Source: Acidobacteriota bacterium (lineage in GTDB: Bacteria > Acidobacteriota > Thermoanaerobaculia > Multivoradales > UBA5704). Taken from it: DNA of 64,000 bases. The first letter of the stretch is position 1, and each line of letters opens with the position of its first letter. The position numbers and the translations under genes were made by a program. The notes below the pieces were generated by a model. That model was not told the DNA's origin. It was given only the letters and a program-made list of their open reading frames with translations, and ran no database searches. Positions 9,836 through 17,872 of the stretch are shown here, one piece after another. The DNA is taken from contig JBDTZG010000028.1 of the NCBI GenBank assembly GCA_040005235.1, forward strand, positions 6,940 to 70,939, given 5' to 3'.

Positions 9836-10473
9836 AAATCGGGAGGATCGGCGAGGGTCGGCGACCAGGCGGAAAACTCGTGCGGAGTGTTCGGCGGGTT
9901 CGGCGGGCGTTCGATCCGATAGAAGTTCGCGCGCAGCAGCTCCGGAAGGGACTCCGGACCGATGAGCGAAGCCCACGGCAGCACCAGAACCGCCCACCAA
10001 TCCTGCTCGCCGACGCCCGTGTGAAGCAGATCGGTGCTTCCCGCGCCCCAGCGGATGTCCGGGCAGTTCCAGGCGGTCTCTACCTTTAGATCCTCGCGCC
10101 GGCCGGTCGGGTTCTCTACGCGCGCATCGAACAGCGCGCCGCGGGGGCTTACCTCGAATTCGAAGTACCGGCGCGGATCGTTGGCTCCGAAAGCCAGAAA
10201 CAGCTCGACCACCTCTTCCTGCCAGAGCGGATCGTCTCGCTCGGTGAAGGTCCCCCAGGCCGCGCGATCCGCGCAGTCAAAGCGCACGGCGAGGCCGAAC
10301 CGGTCGCGGCAGACGCGCACCGCCGTTTTCCAGATTGCGGCGCCGCCGGCGTCGGAACGGAGGAGCGGCGGCAACCGGGGAATGTGCTCCCAGGCCCAAA
10401 GGCCGACGACCGCATCGTCGTCGAGCGGTAGAGGCGCCATCGGTACGCGCCAGCGCGGCAAGGGAATCGTCAT
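9784..10473 (-). CDS. carbohydrate-binding family 9-like domain protein
   Basis: Pattern WQEEVVELFLAF...RYFEFEVSPRGALFDARV...NFYRIER...FHQPARFG matches the CBM9-like/DOMON-like layout. Confidence 0.7.
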   Translation of the reverse strand: MTIPLPRWRVPMAPLPLDDDAVVGLWAWEHIPRLPPLLRSDAGGAAIWKTAVRVCRDRFGLAVRFDCADRAAWGTFTERDDPLWQEEVVELFLAFGANDPRRYFEFEVSPRGALFDARVENPTGRREDLKVETAWNCPDIRWGAGSTDLLHTGVGEQDWWAVLVLPWASLIGPESLPELLRANFYRIERPPNPPNTPHEFSAWSPTLADPPDFHQPARFGFLSLGSLIA

Positions 10474-10558
10474 AGTGGTAGGCCCAACCTATTTGTAATA
10501 GCTTCTCACCCAATTGTCACCGCTTTTTCGTCCGTTTTCCCAAGAGGAGAGATCGGCC

Positions 10559-13369
10559 ATGAAGTTCCTTCGTACCCTCGGCCTCGTCGCGGGGCTCGCT
10601 TGGCTCGGTTCGGCAACCCTGTCGGCCCAAACCACCGGTTCGATCGTCGGCCGGGTGATCGACGAGAGCGGCGCGCCGCTGCCGGGGACCGCGGTCGAAG
10701 CGACCAGTCCGTCGCTCCAAGGAACGCGCTCTGCGACCGCCGACGCCAACGGCGACTACCGCCTGACCCTCCTGCCACCGGGCAGTTACACCGTGACCGC
10801 GAACCTCCAAGGTTTCGCACCCGAATCGCGCCAGGCTGTGGCCGTGGGGCTCGACAAAGGAACGACGATCGATCTGGCGCTCCGGGTGACGGCGTCCGAC
10901 GAGATCACCGTGACCGGCGAAGCGCCGGTGATCGACTCGACCTCGACCACCCTCGGTACCAGCCTCGACATCCGCGCCATCCAGACCCTCCCCACGGCGC
11001 GCAACTATTCGTCGGTGGTGCAGATCACCCCTGGCGCCTCCTCTGACGCTAACCCGGAAAACCAGGGGCAGACGACGATCTCGGTCTACGGCTCTTCCGG
11101 TGCCGAAAACGTCTTCTACATCGACGGCGTGAACACCACAGGGGTCGAATACGGCTTCCAGGGCAAGGAGCTGAACTTCGAGTTCATCGAGGCGATCGAC
11201 GTGAAGACCGGCGGATACCAGGCGGAGTTCGGCCGCGCGACCGGCGGGGTGATCAACGTCGTCACCAAATCGGGCGGCAACGAATTTCATGGCGATCTGT
11301 TCGGCTACCTGGATAACGACTCGCTCCAGTCGAGTCCCGACCCGATCGTCTCGACCGGTGGCACGGTCGAAGGCTTCTCGCGGAAAGACTACGGCATCGG
11401 TCTCGGCGGCTTTTTGAAGAAGGACAAGCTCTGGTTCTTCGCTGCCTACGACAAGGTGAGCAACACGCTCACCAGCGCGCTGCCGGCCGGCCCGCGGTCG
11501 GGCCAGGAGGTCGATTCCGACTCCGATCGAAAGCTCGGCGCGGCGAAGGTCACATACCGCTTGACCGAGAGCCAGTCGCTGATCGGCAGTTTCTTCCAGG
11601 ACCCGCGCGAGGACACCGGCGCGATCAACGATTCGAGCCATGCCCTGAACGGCGATCCCGACACCTACACCGGCCGGATCGAGCTGGGAGGCAAGGACTA
11701 TGCCTTGCGCTACCAGGGCATCGTCGCCTCCGAATGGGTTCTCACGGGGCAGGTCGCGCGGCACGAAGAGAAGAACTCCGTGGGTCCGTCGTCCGCCACC
11801 GGCGACACCGTGCAGTTTCGCGACGTGCAGAACGATTTCTTCCAAACCGGTGGCTTCGGCCTGATCCAGGACAAGAACTTCCAACGCGATCATGCCGGCG
11901 CCACTGCCGCGCGCTTCCTCGGCCGGCACGACCTGAAGCTCGGATTCGAGTACGAAAAGGAAAAGGCCGACGTGATCCGCCGCCAGTCGGGCGGCCAGTT
12001 GGTGGACGTCTTCCAGAATCCGTTGAACCCGAACCGGCCGATCTACCAGCACCACTACTGGACGACGCCGGACGCGACGGTCGCCAACGCACCCCTGGGC
12101 CAGCTCACGGCATCGCCGGAGCACAAGAACACCACCCTCTACTTGCAAGACGGCTGGTCGGTGCGGCCGAACCTGACGGTCAACCTCGGCGTGCGCTGGG
12201 ATCGCCAGCAGATCGTCGACGCCGAAGGCACCCAGCAGATCGACTTGAAGAAGGACTACGCGCCGCGCCTCGGCTTCGTCTGGGACCCGACCGCCGATAA
12301 CAAGAGCAAGGTATTCGGATCGTACGGGCGCTATTACGAGCAATTGCCGATGGACCTGGTGATCCGCTCGTTCTCATTCGAGCGCCAGCCGCGGATCGTC
12401 AACTTTTCGCCCACCGACATCCATCCGGATGCGGTGGCGGAAGGGATCTTGGGGACCGATTCGGCGATCCTCGGCGGATTCACCGAGCCGTCGGATCCGA
12501 ACATCAAGGGCCAGTACCTGACCGAGGTGCTGCTGGGCGGCGAGCGCGAGGTGATGCCCGACGTGGCGGTCGGCGCGAAGCTCATTTACCGCAAGTACGA
12601 CCGGGTGATCGAGGATTTCCTCTGCGCCGATGACGGCACCTACTGCATCGGCAACCCGGGAGAGGGTTTCTTCAAACAGGTGTTCACGCTCGACTATTCG
12701 CGCACCCTGCCGGCGCCGAAGCCGAAGCGGGAGTACAAAGGCGTTCAGCTCGACGTGACCAAGCGCTTCTCGAAGAATTGGCAGGCGCTCGCCTCGTACC
12801 TCTACTCGAAGCTCGACGGCAACTTCGACGGCGAATACGCGCCGTTCACCAACGTCGGCGCTGACCCGAATATCTCGGCCGCCTACGACTACTTCGACTT
12901 CTTCACCAACGGCAGCGACCTCACCCGCATCACCAACAAAGGTCCCCTGTCGAACGAACGACGTCACCAGTTCAAACTGTCGGGCATCTACCTCACCCCC
13001 TGGAATCTCCAGGTCGGCGCCTCGGCCTACTACCGCTCGGGCACTCCCCTCACCCGCTACGGCTACTCCGACGCCTATGGCCGCTACGAGTTCTTCCTCA
13101 CCCCGCGCGGCGGCGAAGGACGAGGCCCGGCGACCTACGAGGCCGATCTCCACTTCGGCTACCCGGTGAAGGCAGGACCCACGACGATCAACCTGCTGCT
13201 CGACGTTTTCAACGCCCTGAACGCCCAAAAGCCGATTCTGCTCGACCAGCGTTGGGGCTTCCAGGAGTCCGACAACACCCTGCCCAACCCGACCAATCCG
13301 GGCTACGGAAAACCGGTGCTGCGCACCGCCCCGACGTCGTTCCGAGTGGGTGTGAGGGTGAGCTTTTAA
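10559..13369 (+). CDS. TonB-dependent outer-membrane receptor with N-terminal carboxypeptidase-regulatory-like domain
   Basis: Signal peptide MKFLRTLGLVAGLAWLGSATLSAQ, then GSIVGRVIDESGAPLPGTAVEA (CarboxypepD_reg). Plug and beta-barrel follow, with a terminal aromatic (...RVGVRVSF). RBS AGGAGA lies before ATG 10559. Confidence 0.9.
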   Translation: MKFLRTLGLVAGLAWLGSATLSAQTTGSIVGRVIDESGAPLPGTAVEATSPSLQGTRSATADANGDYRLTLLPPGSYTVTANLQGFAPESRQAVAVGLDKGTTIDLALRVTASDEITVTGEAPVIDSTSTTLGTSLDIRAIQTLPTARNYSSVVQITPGASSDANPENQGQTTISVYGSSGAENVFYIDGVNTTGVEYGFQGKELNFEFIEAIDVKTGGYQAEFGRATGGVINVVTKSGGNEFHGDLFGYLDNDSLQSSPDPIVSTGGTVEGFSRKDYGIGLGGFLKKDKLWFFAAYDKVSNTLTSALPAGPRSGQEVDSDSDRKLGAAKVTYRLTESQSLIGSFFQDPREDTGAINDSSHALNGDPDTYTGRIELGGKDYALRYQGIVASEWVLTGQVARHEEKNSVGPSSATGDTVQFRDVQNDFFQTGGFGLIQDKNFQRDHAGATAARFLGRHDLKLGFEYEKEKADVIRRQSGGQLVDVFQNPLNPNRPIYQHHYWTTPDATVANAPLGQLTASPEHKNTTLYLQDGWSVRPNLTVNLGVRWDRQQIVDAEGTQQIDLKKDYAPRLGFVWDPTADNKSKVFGSYGRYYEQLPMDLVIRSFSFERQPRIVNFSPTDIHPDAVAEGILGTDSAILGGFTEPSDPNIKGQYLTEVLLGGEREVMPDVAVGAKLIYRKYDRVIEDFLCADDGTYCIGNPGEGFFKQVFTLDYSRTLPAPKPKREYKGVQLDVTKRFSKNWQALASYLYSKLDGNFDGEYAPFTNVGADPNISAAYDYFDFFTNGSDLTRITNKGPLSNERRHQFKLSGIYLTPWNLQVGASAYYRSGTPLTRYGYSDAYGRYEFFLTPRGGEGRGPATYEADLHFGYPVKAGPTTINLLLDVFNALNAQKPILLDQRWGFQESDNTLPNPTNPGYGKPVLRTAPTSFRVGVRVSF

Positions 13370-13379
13370 GATTCGAGTG

Positions 13380-13403
13380 GGGTGGGTCTTCGACGGCCCG
13401 CCC
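13380..13403 (+). terminator. GC-rich hairpin downstream of the TonB receptor gene
   Basis: GGGTGGGTC-TTCGAC-GGCCCGCCC gives a 9-bp stem including G-U pairs. There is no clear T-run. Confidence 0.3.
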
Positions 13404-13544
13404 AGTTAGTTCCGAGAACGAGATCCGCTAGTTTCCGAGGCCCAGCTCCTCGATCGAATCGACTTCCAAGATCCGATCGGCCAGTCCACCCAGGGCCGAA
13501 GCCCTCTGGCGGCATCGGAAGCCATCTGGGCTAGAATCCTTGGA

Positions 13545-13778
13545 ATGATCGGAATTCAGCCAAGCCTTGAGCCCCCGATTCGAACGGTTTCGCGCCGGCC
13601 CCCGGGCGAAAATTCCCTGCGCGACGCGGCGATCCTTCTCCGCACGGTCAACCGCCTGCGCGGTGGGGGTATCGCTCCGCGGGGCGTTTACCGGTTCGCG
13701 AGCCACGAGGAAGCCGAGACATGGATGATGAGGCAGATGGCCCTTTCTCCCGTGCGCCGGAGCTTGAAGATCTCCTGA
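13545..13778 (+). CDS. small hypothetical protein
   Basis: 77-aa ORF ending ...GVYRFASHEEAETWMMRQMA. It overlaps the next gene. Coding status is uncertain. Confidence 0.3.
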   Translation: MIGIQPSLEPPIRTVSRRPPGENSLRDAAILLRTVNRLRGGGIAPRGVYRFASHEEAETWMMRQMALSPVRRSLKIS

Positions 13779-14224
13779 AGCTTTGCGCCGACCTCAACCG
13801 TGAGGGCGCGCGCTATCTCCTGATTGGTGGCTTCGCCGTCATTCTTCACGGCTTTGTGCGCGCCACGAAGGACATCGATTTTCTCGTTGACGACTCAGTA
13901 GAGAACCTGCAGGCGATCAAGAGGGCCATGGCGTGCCTGCCGGATAATGCCGCGGCGCTTCTGGCGGACGATGAGGTTAGTCGCTACAAAGTCGTTCGAG
14001 TTGCCGATGAGTTTATCGTCGACCTGCTCGGCGCGGCCTGCGGCATCACCTATGCCGAGGCCGAGAAAGCAGGCGTAGAGCAGTTCGAGATCGAGGGAGT
14101 CAAGTTGCCGGTGGCAGGCAAAGGTCTCCTGATTCGCACGAAAGAGACAATCCGCGAGAGCGACGCGCTCGACGTAAGATTTCTCCGCATGAAAATCGCC
14201 GAGGAGGGCGGGCGGGAAGGGTAG
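13721..14224 (+). CDS. nucleotidyltransferase-fold protein (MNT/DUF-type)
   Basis: LLIGGFAVILHGFVRATKDIDFLV fits the G-G/S...DxD nucleotidyltransferase motif. Confidence 0.55.
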   Translation: MDDEADGPFSRAPELEDLLKLCADLNREGARYLLIGGFAVILHGFVRATKDIDFLVDDSVENLQAIKRAMACLPDNAAALLADDEVSRYKVVRVADEFIVDLLGAACGITYAEAEKAGVEQFEIEGVKLPVAGKGLLIRTKETIRESDALDVRFLRMKIAEEGGREG

Positions 14225-14241
14225 CAATCCATCTTTTCGCC

Positions 14242-15240
14242 CTACAGCTCGCCGGTCAGAATCCGCGCCATCACCTCGCCGTCGACGTTTCCTCCAGAGA
14301 GAATCACCCCGATCCGCGCGCCGCTCGGCGGCTCCACCGCTCCCGAAAGCAGCGCCGCCACCCCCAGCGCCCCGGAGGGTTCGACGACCAGTTTGGTGCG
14401 GGCGAAGAGGAATCGCACGGCTTCGGCGATGGCGGATTCCGAGACCGTCGCCATGTCAGCCACGTATTCGCGCACCAAGGGAAAGGTGAGCTTGCCGAGC
14501 GAGGGGGTGCGGGTGCCGTCGGCGATCGTCGGCGGGTTCTTCACCGTATGGAGCACTCCCGTGCGGAACGAGAGGGTAGCGTCGTTGGCGACCTCGGGCT
14601 CGACGCCGATCGTGCGGCAGTCGGGCGCGGTGCCTCGGGCCGCGATCGCTGAACCGGAGAGCAACCCGCCGCCGCCGCAGGGCACGAGCAGCAGAGCAAG
14701 ATCGGGCTGCTCTTCGAGCAATTCGAGCGCTGCTGTGGCCTGGCCGCTGATGATCCGCAGGTCGTCGTAGGGCGGAATCACCACGGAGCCCCGCTCGGCT
14801 TGAAGCTTGGCCGCCAGCTCTTCGCGCGCCGTCTCGTCGGGATCGTAGAGGATGATCTCGGCCCCGTATCCGGCCGTCGCCTCGCGCTTGCTCGCAGGAG
14901 AGTTAACCGGCATCACCACGGTCGCCGAGACCCCCTGCTCGCGGCAGGCGAGCGCGATCCCCTGAGCGTGGTTGCCGGAGGAGAACGTGAGCACGCCGCG
15001 CGCTTTTTCCTCGGTCGAAAGTTGTGAGACGGCGTTCCACGCGCCGCGGATCTTGAACGCCCCGACCCGCTGAAGGTTCTCGCACTTCAAAAAGACTCGC
15101 GCGCCGACCGTTTCATCCAGAGCGCGGGAGGTGGCCACGGGCGTCCGGTGGGCGATGGCCTTCACCCGCAATGCCGCGGCGCGGACCTCGGAAAACAGGG
15201 ACTCGAAGGAGGGGAGATCGGCAGAGGGGAGGGGGCTCAT
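14242..15240 (-). CDS. PLP-dependent threonine/serine dehydratase family enzyme
   Basis: ENLQRVGAFKIRGA (PLP lysine motif), SSGNHAQG and GGGGLLSG glycine loop. Confidence 0.85.
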   Translation of the reverse strand: MSPLPSADLPSFESLFSEVRAAALRVKAIAHRTPVATSRALDETVGARVFLKCENLQRVGAFKIRGAWNAVSQLSTEEKARGVLTFSSGNHAQGIALACREQGVSATVVMPVNSPASKREATAGYGAEIILYDPDETAREELAAKLQAERGSVVIPPYDDLRIISGQATAALELLEEQPDLALLLVPCGGGGLLSGSAIAARGTAPDCRTIGVEPEVANDATLSFRTGVLHTVKNPPTIADGTRTPSLGKLTFPLVREYVADMATVSESAIAEAVRFLFARTKLVVEPSGALGVAALLSGAVEPPSGARIGVILSGGNVDGEVMARILTGEL

Positions 15241-15378
15241 GGCGCCATCCTCCGCCGGAGGCGACGTGGGGTCAACCCTACCTCTAGGCTGCGGTCTAAG
15301 GGCGGTCCATCCGGAACGGGCTTTGGAGCGTAGACCCGCTTAGAGCCGCGCCGACTGCGGCTCGGGAATGGAGTTTCG

Positions 15379-15969
15379 ATGCCTCTGAGCGCACCCGCGG
15401 CCAGCCTTCCTCTCGATCCTCATCTCGCCCGGCTGGCGGCCGAGGTTGCCGAAATCAGCGCGGAGACCGAGACGCTCTGCGCCGGTCTTTCCCCGGCACA
15501 GCTCGCCTGGCGTCCGGCGCCGAACCGGTGGGGGGCGGCCGACTGCTTCATCCATCTGACGCAGGCGGCGGAGGTCTTCCACCCGCGATTCTTGAGCGCG
15601 ATCGAGCGCACCCGGGCGGCCGGTGCCAAGAGCCGTGGCGCATGGAACGGTACTTGGGCCGGGCGCCTGTTCCAGGCCGTTTCGGGTTCGAAAGTGCGCA
15701 TACCCCTTCCGGCGCCTCCAGCGCTCCGGGTGGTGGCTGCGGCGCCTCCGGACGCGCATCGACGCTTTCTCGCCCGCGAGGTCGAGCTGATGGAGATCCT
15801 TCGCCGCGCCGACGGTCTCGACCTCGGGTTCTCGACGACGGGCTCGCCGATTTCTCGCCGCTTGCGCCTGCCGCTGGGCGATGGTCTCGCGCTGGTCGTC
15901 GGCCACGCCCGGCGCCATCTGGAGCAGGCACGGCGGGTTATCCAGATGGCCAGGTTCCCGCGGAGCTGA
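15379..15969 (+). CDS. DinB-family (DinB_2) protein
   Basis: Four-helix-bundle pattern with conserved His residues (FIHLTQAAEVFHPRF ... LVVGHARRHLEQARRV). Confidence 0.6.
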   Translation: MPLSAPAASLPLDPHLARLAAEVAEISAETETLCAGLSPAQLAWRPAPNRWGAADCFIHLTQAAEVFHPRFLSAIERTRAAGAKSRGAWNGTWAGRLFQAVSGSKVRIPLPAPPALRVVAAAPPDAHRRFLAREVELMEILRRADGLDLGFSTTGSPISRRLRLPLGDGLALVVGHARRHLEQARRVIQMARFPRS

Positions 15970-16031
15970 GCGGCAGGGTCGTGGGCGCCCGGGGGGGCTC
16001 AAGCCCGGACGCCCAGTCTCCCCTGATCGAT

Positions 16032-17696
16032 CTACAGTCCGATCGGCTTCAATGTGGGTCCCACGATGTGACCGAACTCGCCGGGCTCCTCGTGGCTGAT
16101 GTCGTGGGTGAAGTGAGCGCCGTACCAGACCACGACGTCGGCGTTGTCGATCGCCTCGTGATTGACGAACCCGTCGATCCCCGCCTCGTACGGCGGACCG
16201 ATGGCCACCGAGCCGTCGTCGATCTCGTTGCCACGGTAGCGGACGAACCAGAGATCCCCCTTCGGATAGGGCCAATCGGGAGACTGGGTGGCGATCCCGT
16301 CGTGCGGCCCAGGCTGAATCTCGTAGCCGGTTCCGCTCGCGATGTTCTCGACCCGCCACTTGCGTTGGAAGATCGGTGCCCGCGCCCTCTGGGTCTCGAA
16401 CGGGACGGTCTTCCATTTGCCCGACTGGAACGGCAGCTTGTTGTACTCGCGGACCCGGTTGCCGCCCGCGGTTGCGATGTCGAGATCGAGCCGCCAATAG
16501 CAATGATGGTGATGGACGTTGCAGACGCAGGAAGAGGTGTCGACCGCGGTGAATCCGAACCGCGGGCTAATCGTGCCATCCACGTGCAACCGCCATTCGC
16601 TGACGTAGCGATACCAGCCGGCTTCCATCTCGCTCACCAGGACGACTTCGAGGCCGTCGACGTAGATGCCTACGCCGAGGTAATTGCCGAGATCCACTCC
16701 GGTGTCGAGGATCGTCTTCGCCTTAGAAGGGCAGATGCGAAAGCCGGGGGCCACGTCGTTGCCGGCCGGCGCCTGGATCATGCTCTCCTCGTTCTGCCAA
16801 TCGCGGTAGGGGCCGCAGGCGTCACCATCGTATTTGACGTTCAAGATCGGCACGTGCCCGCGATAGAGCACCCGTTTGCCCTTGTAGTCGACGTAGCGCA
16901 GCTCGATTCCAGAGCCGTTGGTGCCGGACGAGGCGGCCGGCCGGACCGCCAGAAACTTCCAGATCGTGGCCCCGCCGTATTTGACGGTGATCCAGACCTG
17001 GCCGGCAATGTTTTGTGCGGTCGCCTGGGTCGCGTGCGGCAAACCGCAGGTGCCGAACCGGGCGAGCGAGGCGGCGGGGGCCCGCTCGGGGAAACGCACG
17101 ACTTTCTTGGCTCCAAGGTTGACGCCGACGATCTCGTGCTCGCGGTTCGCGCCGCTTCCCGGGCCGAGCAGACCGACCGTGACGCCGCGCTCGCGGCTGC
17201 CGTCCTCGTGCTCGGTGATGTGCAACGGCGGCATCGGGGGATAAGCGCGAAGCTTTTGGTCTTTGAGCCGGGGGCCGATCTCCGGATCGCGCAGCAAGAT
17301 CCTCACCGCCTCGTCGAACTCCGCCGCGCTCGCCCGCGGCTGATCGCCCTTTACGCTCACATCCAGCTTGCGCGGATCGGCTAGGCTCCCGCGGGCGTTG
17401 ATCGTGCGCTCGTGGGTGTAGTCGTACCAGGTGGCGACGAATCGATCGGGGGGCGACGGGCGTGCGCTCTTGCCCGCGGCGTCCGGGTCCTCCCAGCGGA
17501 TCGAGAGCAGCCGGTTGCGCGTTCCGGCGAGCAGCTCGGCGATCTGGCGGCTCGCGATGAGGCGCTCGGCGAGCGCGGCCACCTCTTCAGGGCCCGGACC
17601 GTTGGTGCGGACCTGTACTTCAATCGCTGGGGATCTCACCGAGCGGGCGGCTCGGGCTTTCGGGGAGGACTTCTTCGGGGTTTTGCGTGTTGCCAT
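16032..17696 (-). CDS. copper amine oxidase-like catalytic domain protein (divergent)
   Basis: The layout parallels the CAO catalytic domain: IELRYVDYKGKRVLYRGHVPILNVKYD..., WYRYVSEWRLHVDGTI, the His cluster NVHHHHCYWRLDLDI, and the C-terminal VVWYGAHFTHD. Confidence 0.5.
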   Translation of the reverse strand: MATRKTPKKSSPKARAARSVRSPAIEVQVRTNGPGPEEVAALAERLIASRQIAELLAGTRNRLLSIRWEDPDAAGKSARPSPPDRFVATWYDYTHERTINARGSLADPRKLDVSVKGDQPRASAAEFDEAVRILLRDPEIGPRLKDQKLRAYPPMPPLHITEHEDGSRERGVTVGLLGPGSGANREHEIVGVNLGAKKVVRFPERAPAASLARFGTCGLPHATQATAQNIAGQVWITVKYGGATIWKFLAVRPAASSGTNGSGIELRYVDYKGKRVLYRGHVPILNVKYDGDACGPYRDWQNEESMIQAPAGNDVAPGFRICPSKAKTILDTGVDLGNYLGVGIYVDGLEVVLVSEMEAGWYRYVSEWRLHVDGTISPRFGFTAVDTSSCVCNVHHHHCYWRLDLDIATAGGNRVREYNKLPFQSGKWKTVPFETQRARAPIFQRKWRVENIASGTGYEIQPGPHDGIATQSPDWPYPKGDLWFVRYRGNEIDDGSVAIGPPYEAGIDGFVNHEAIDNADVVVWYGAHFTHDISHEEPGEFGHIVGPTLKPIGL

Positions 17697-17872
17697 GGAG
17701 AGTCAGCTCCTTTCGCGCCGAGCACGGCCGGACGGCCGCGCAGTGATGGCGTATGTGATGGGCGAAGAGGGAGAGTGGCGCGTTACAGCCGCGCCGGGTT
17801 GGAGCCCGTCCAACCTCCCGCGAGCGCCCTCGGAATCGAAACCTCCGCGCGCGATGCACGTAGTCTTCGGCT

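Noticed and set aside
10517-12343. 608-aa minus-strand ORF antisense to the TonB receptor gene
   Set aside because: Shadow ORF. The plus strand encodes a recognisable TonB-dependent receptor, and the antisense translation is compositionally biased.
15528-17384. 618-aa plus-strand ORF; also 15340-16503 on the minus strand
   Set aside because: They are antisense to or overlap the DinB and CAO-like genes, have an Arg/Gly-rich composition, and carry no motifs.
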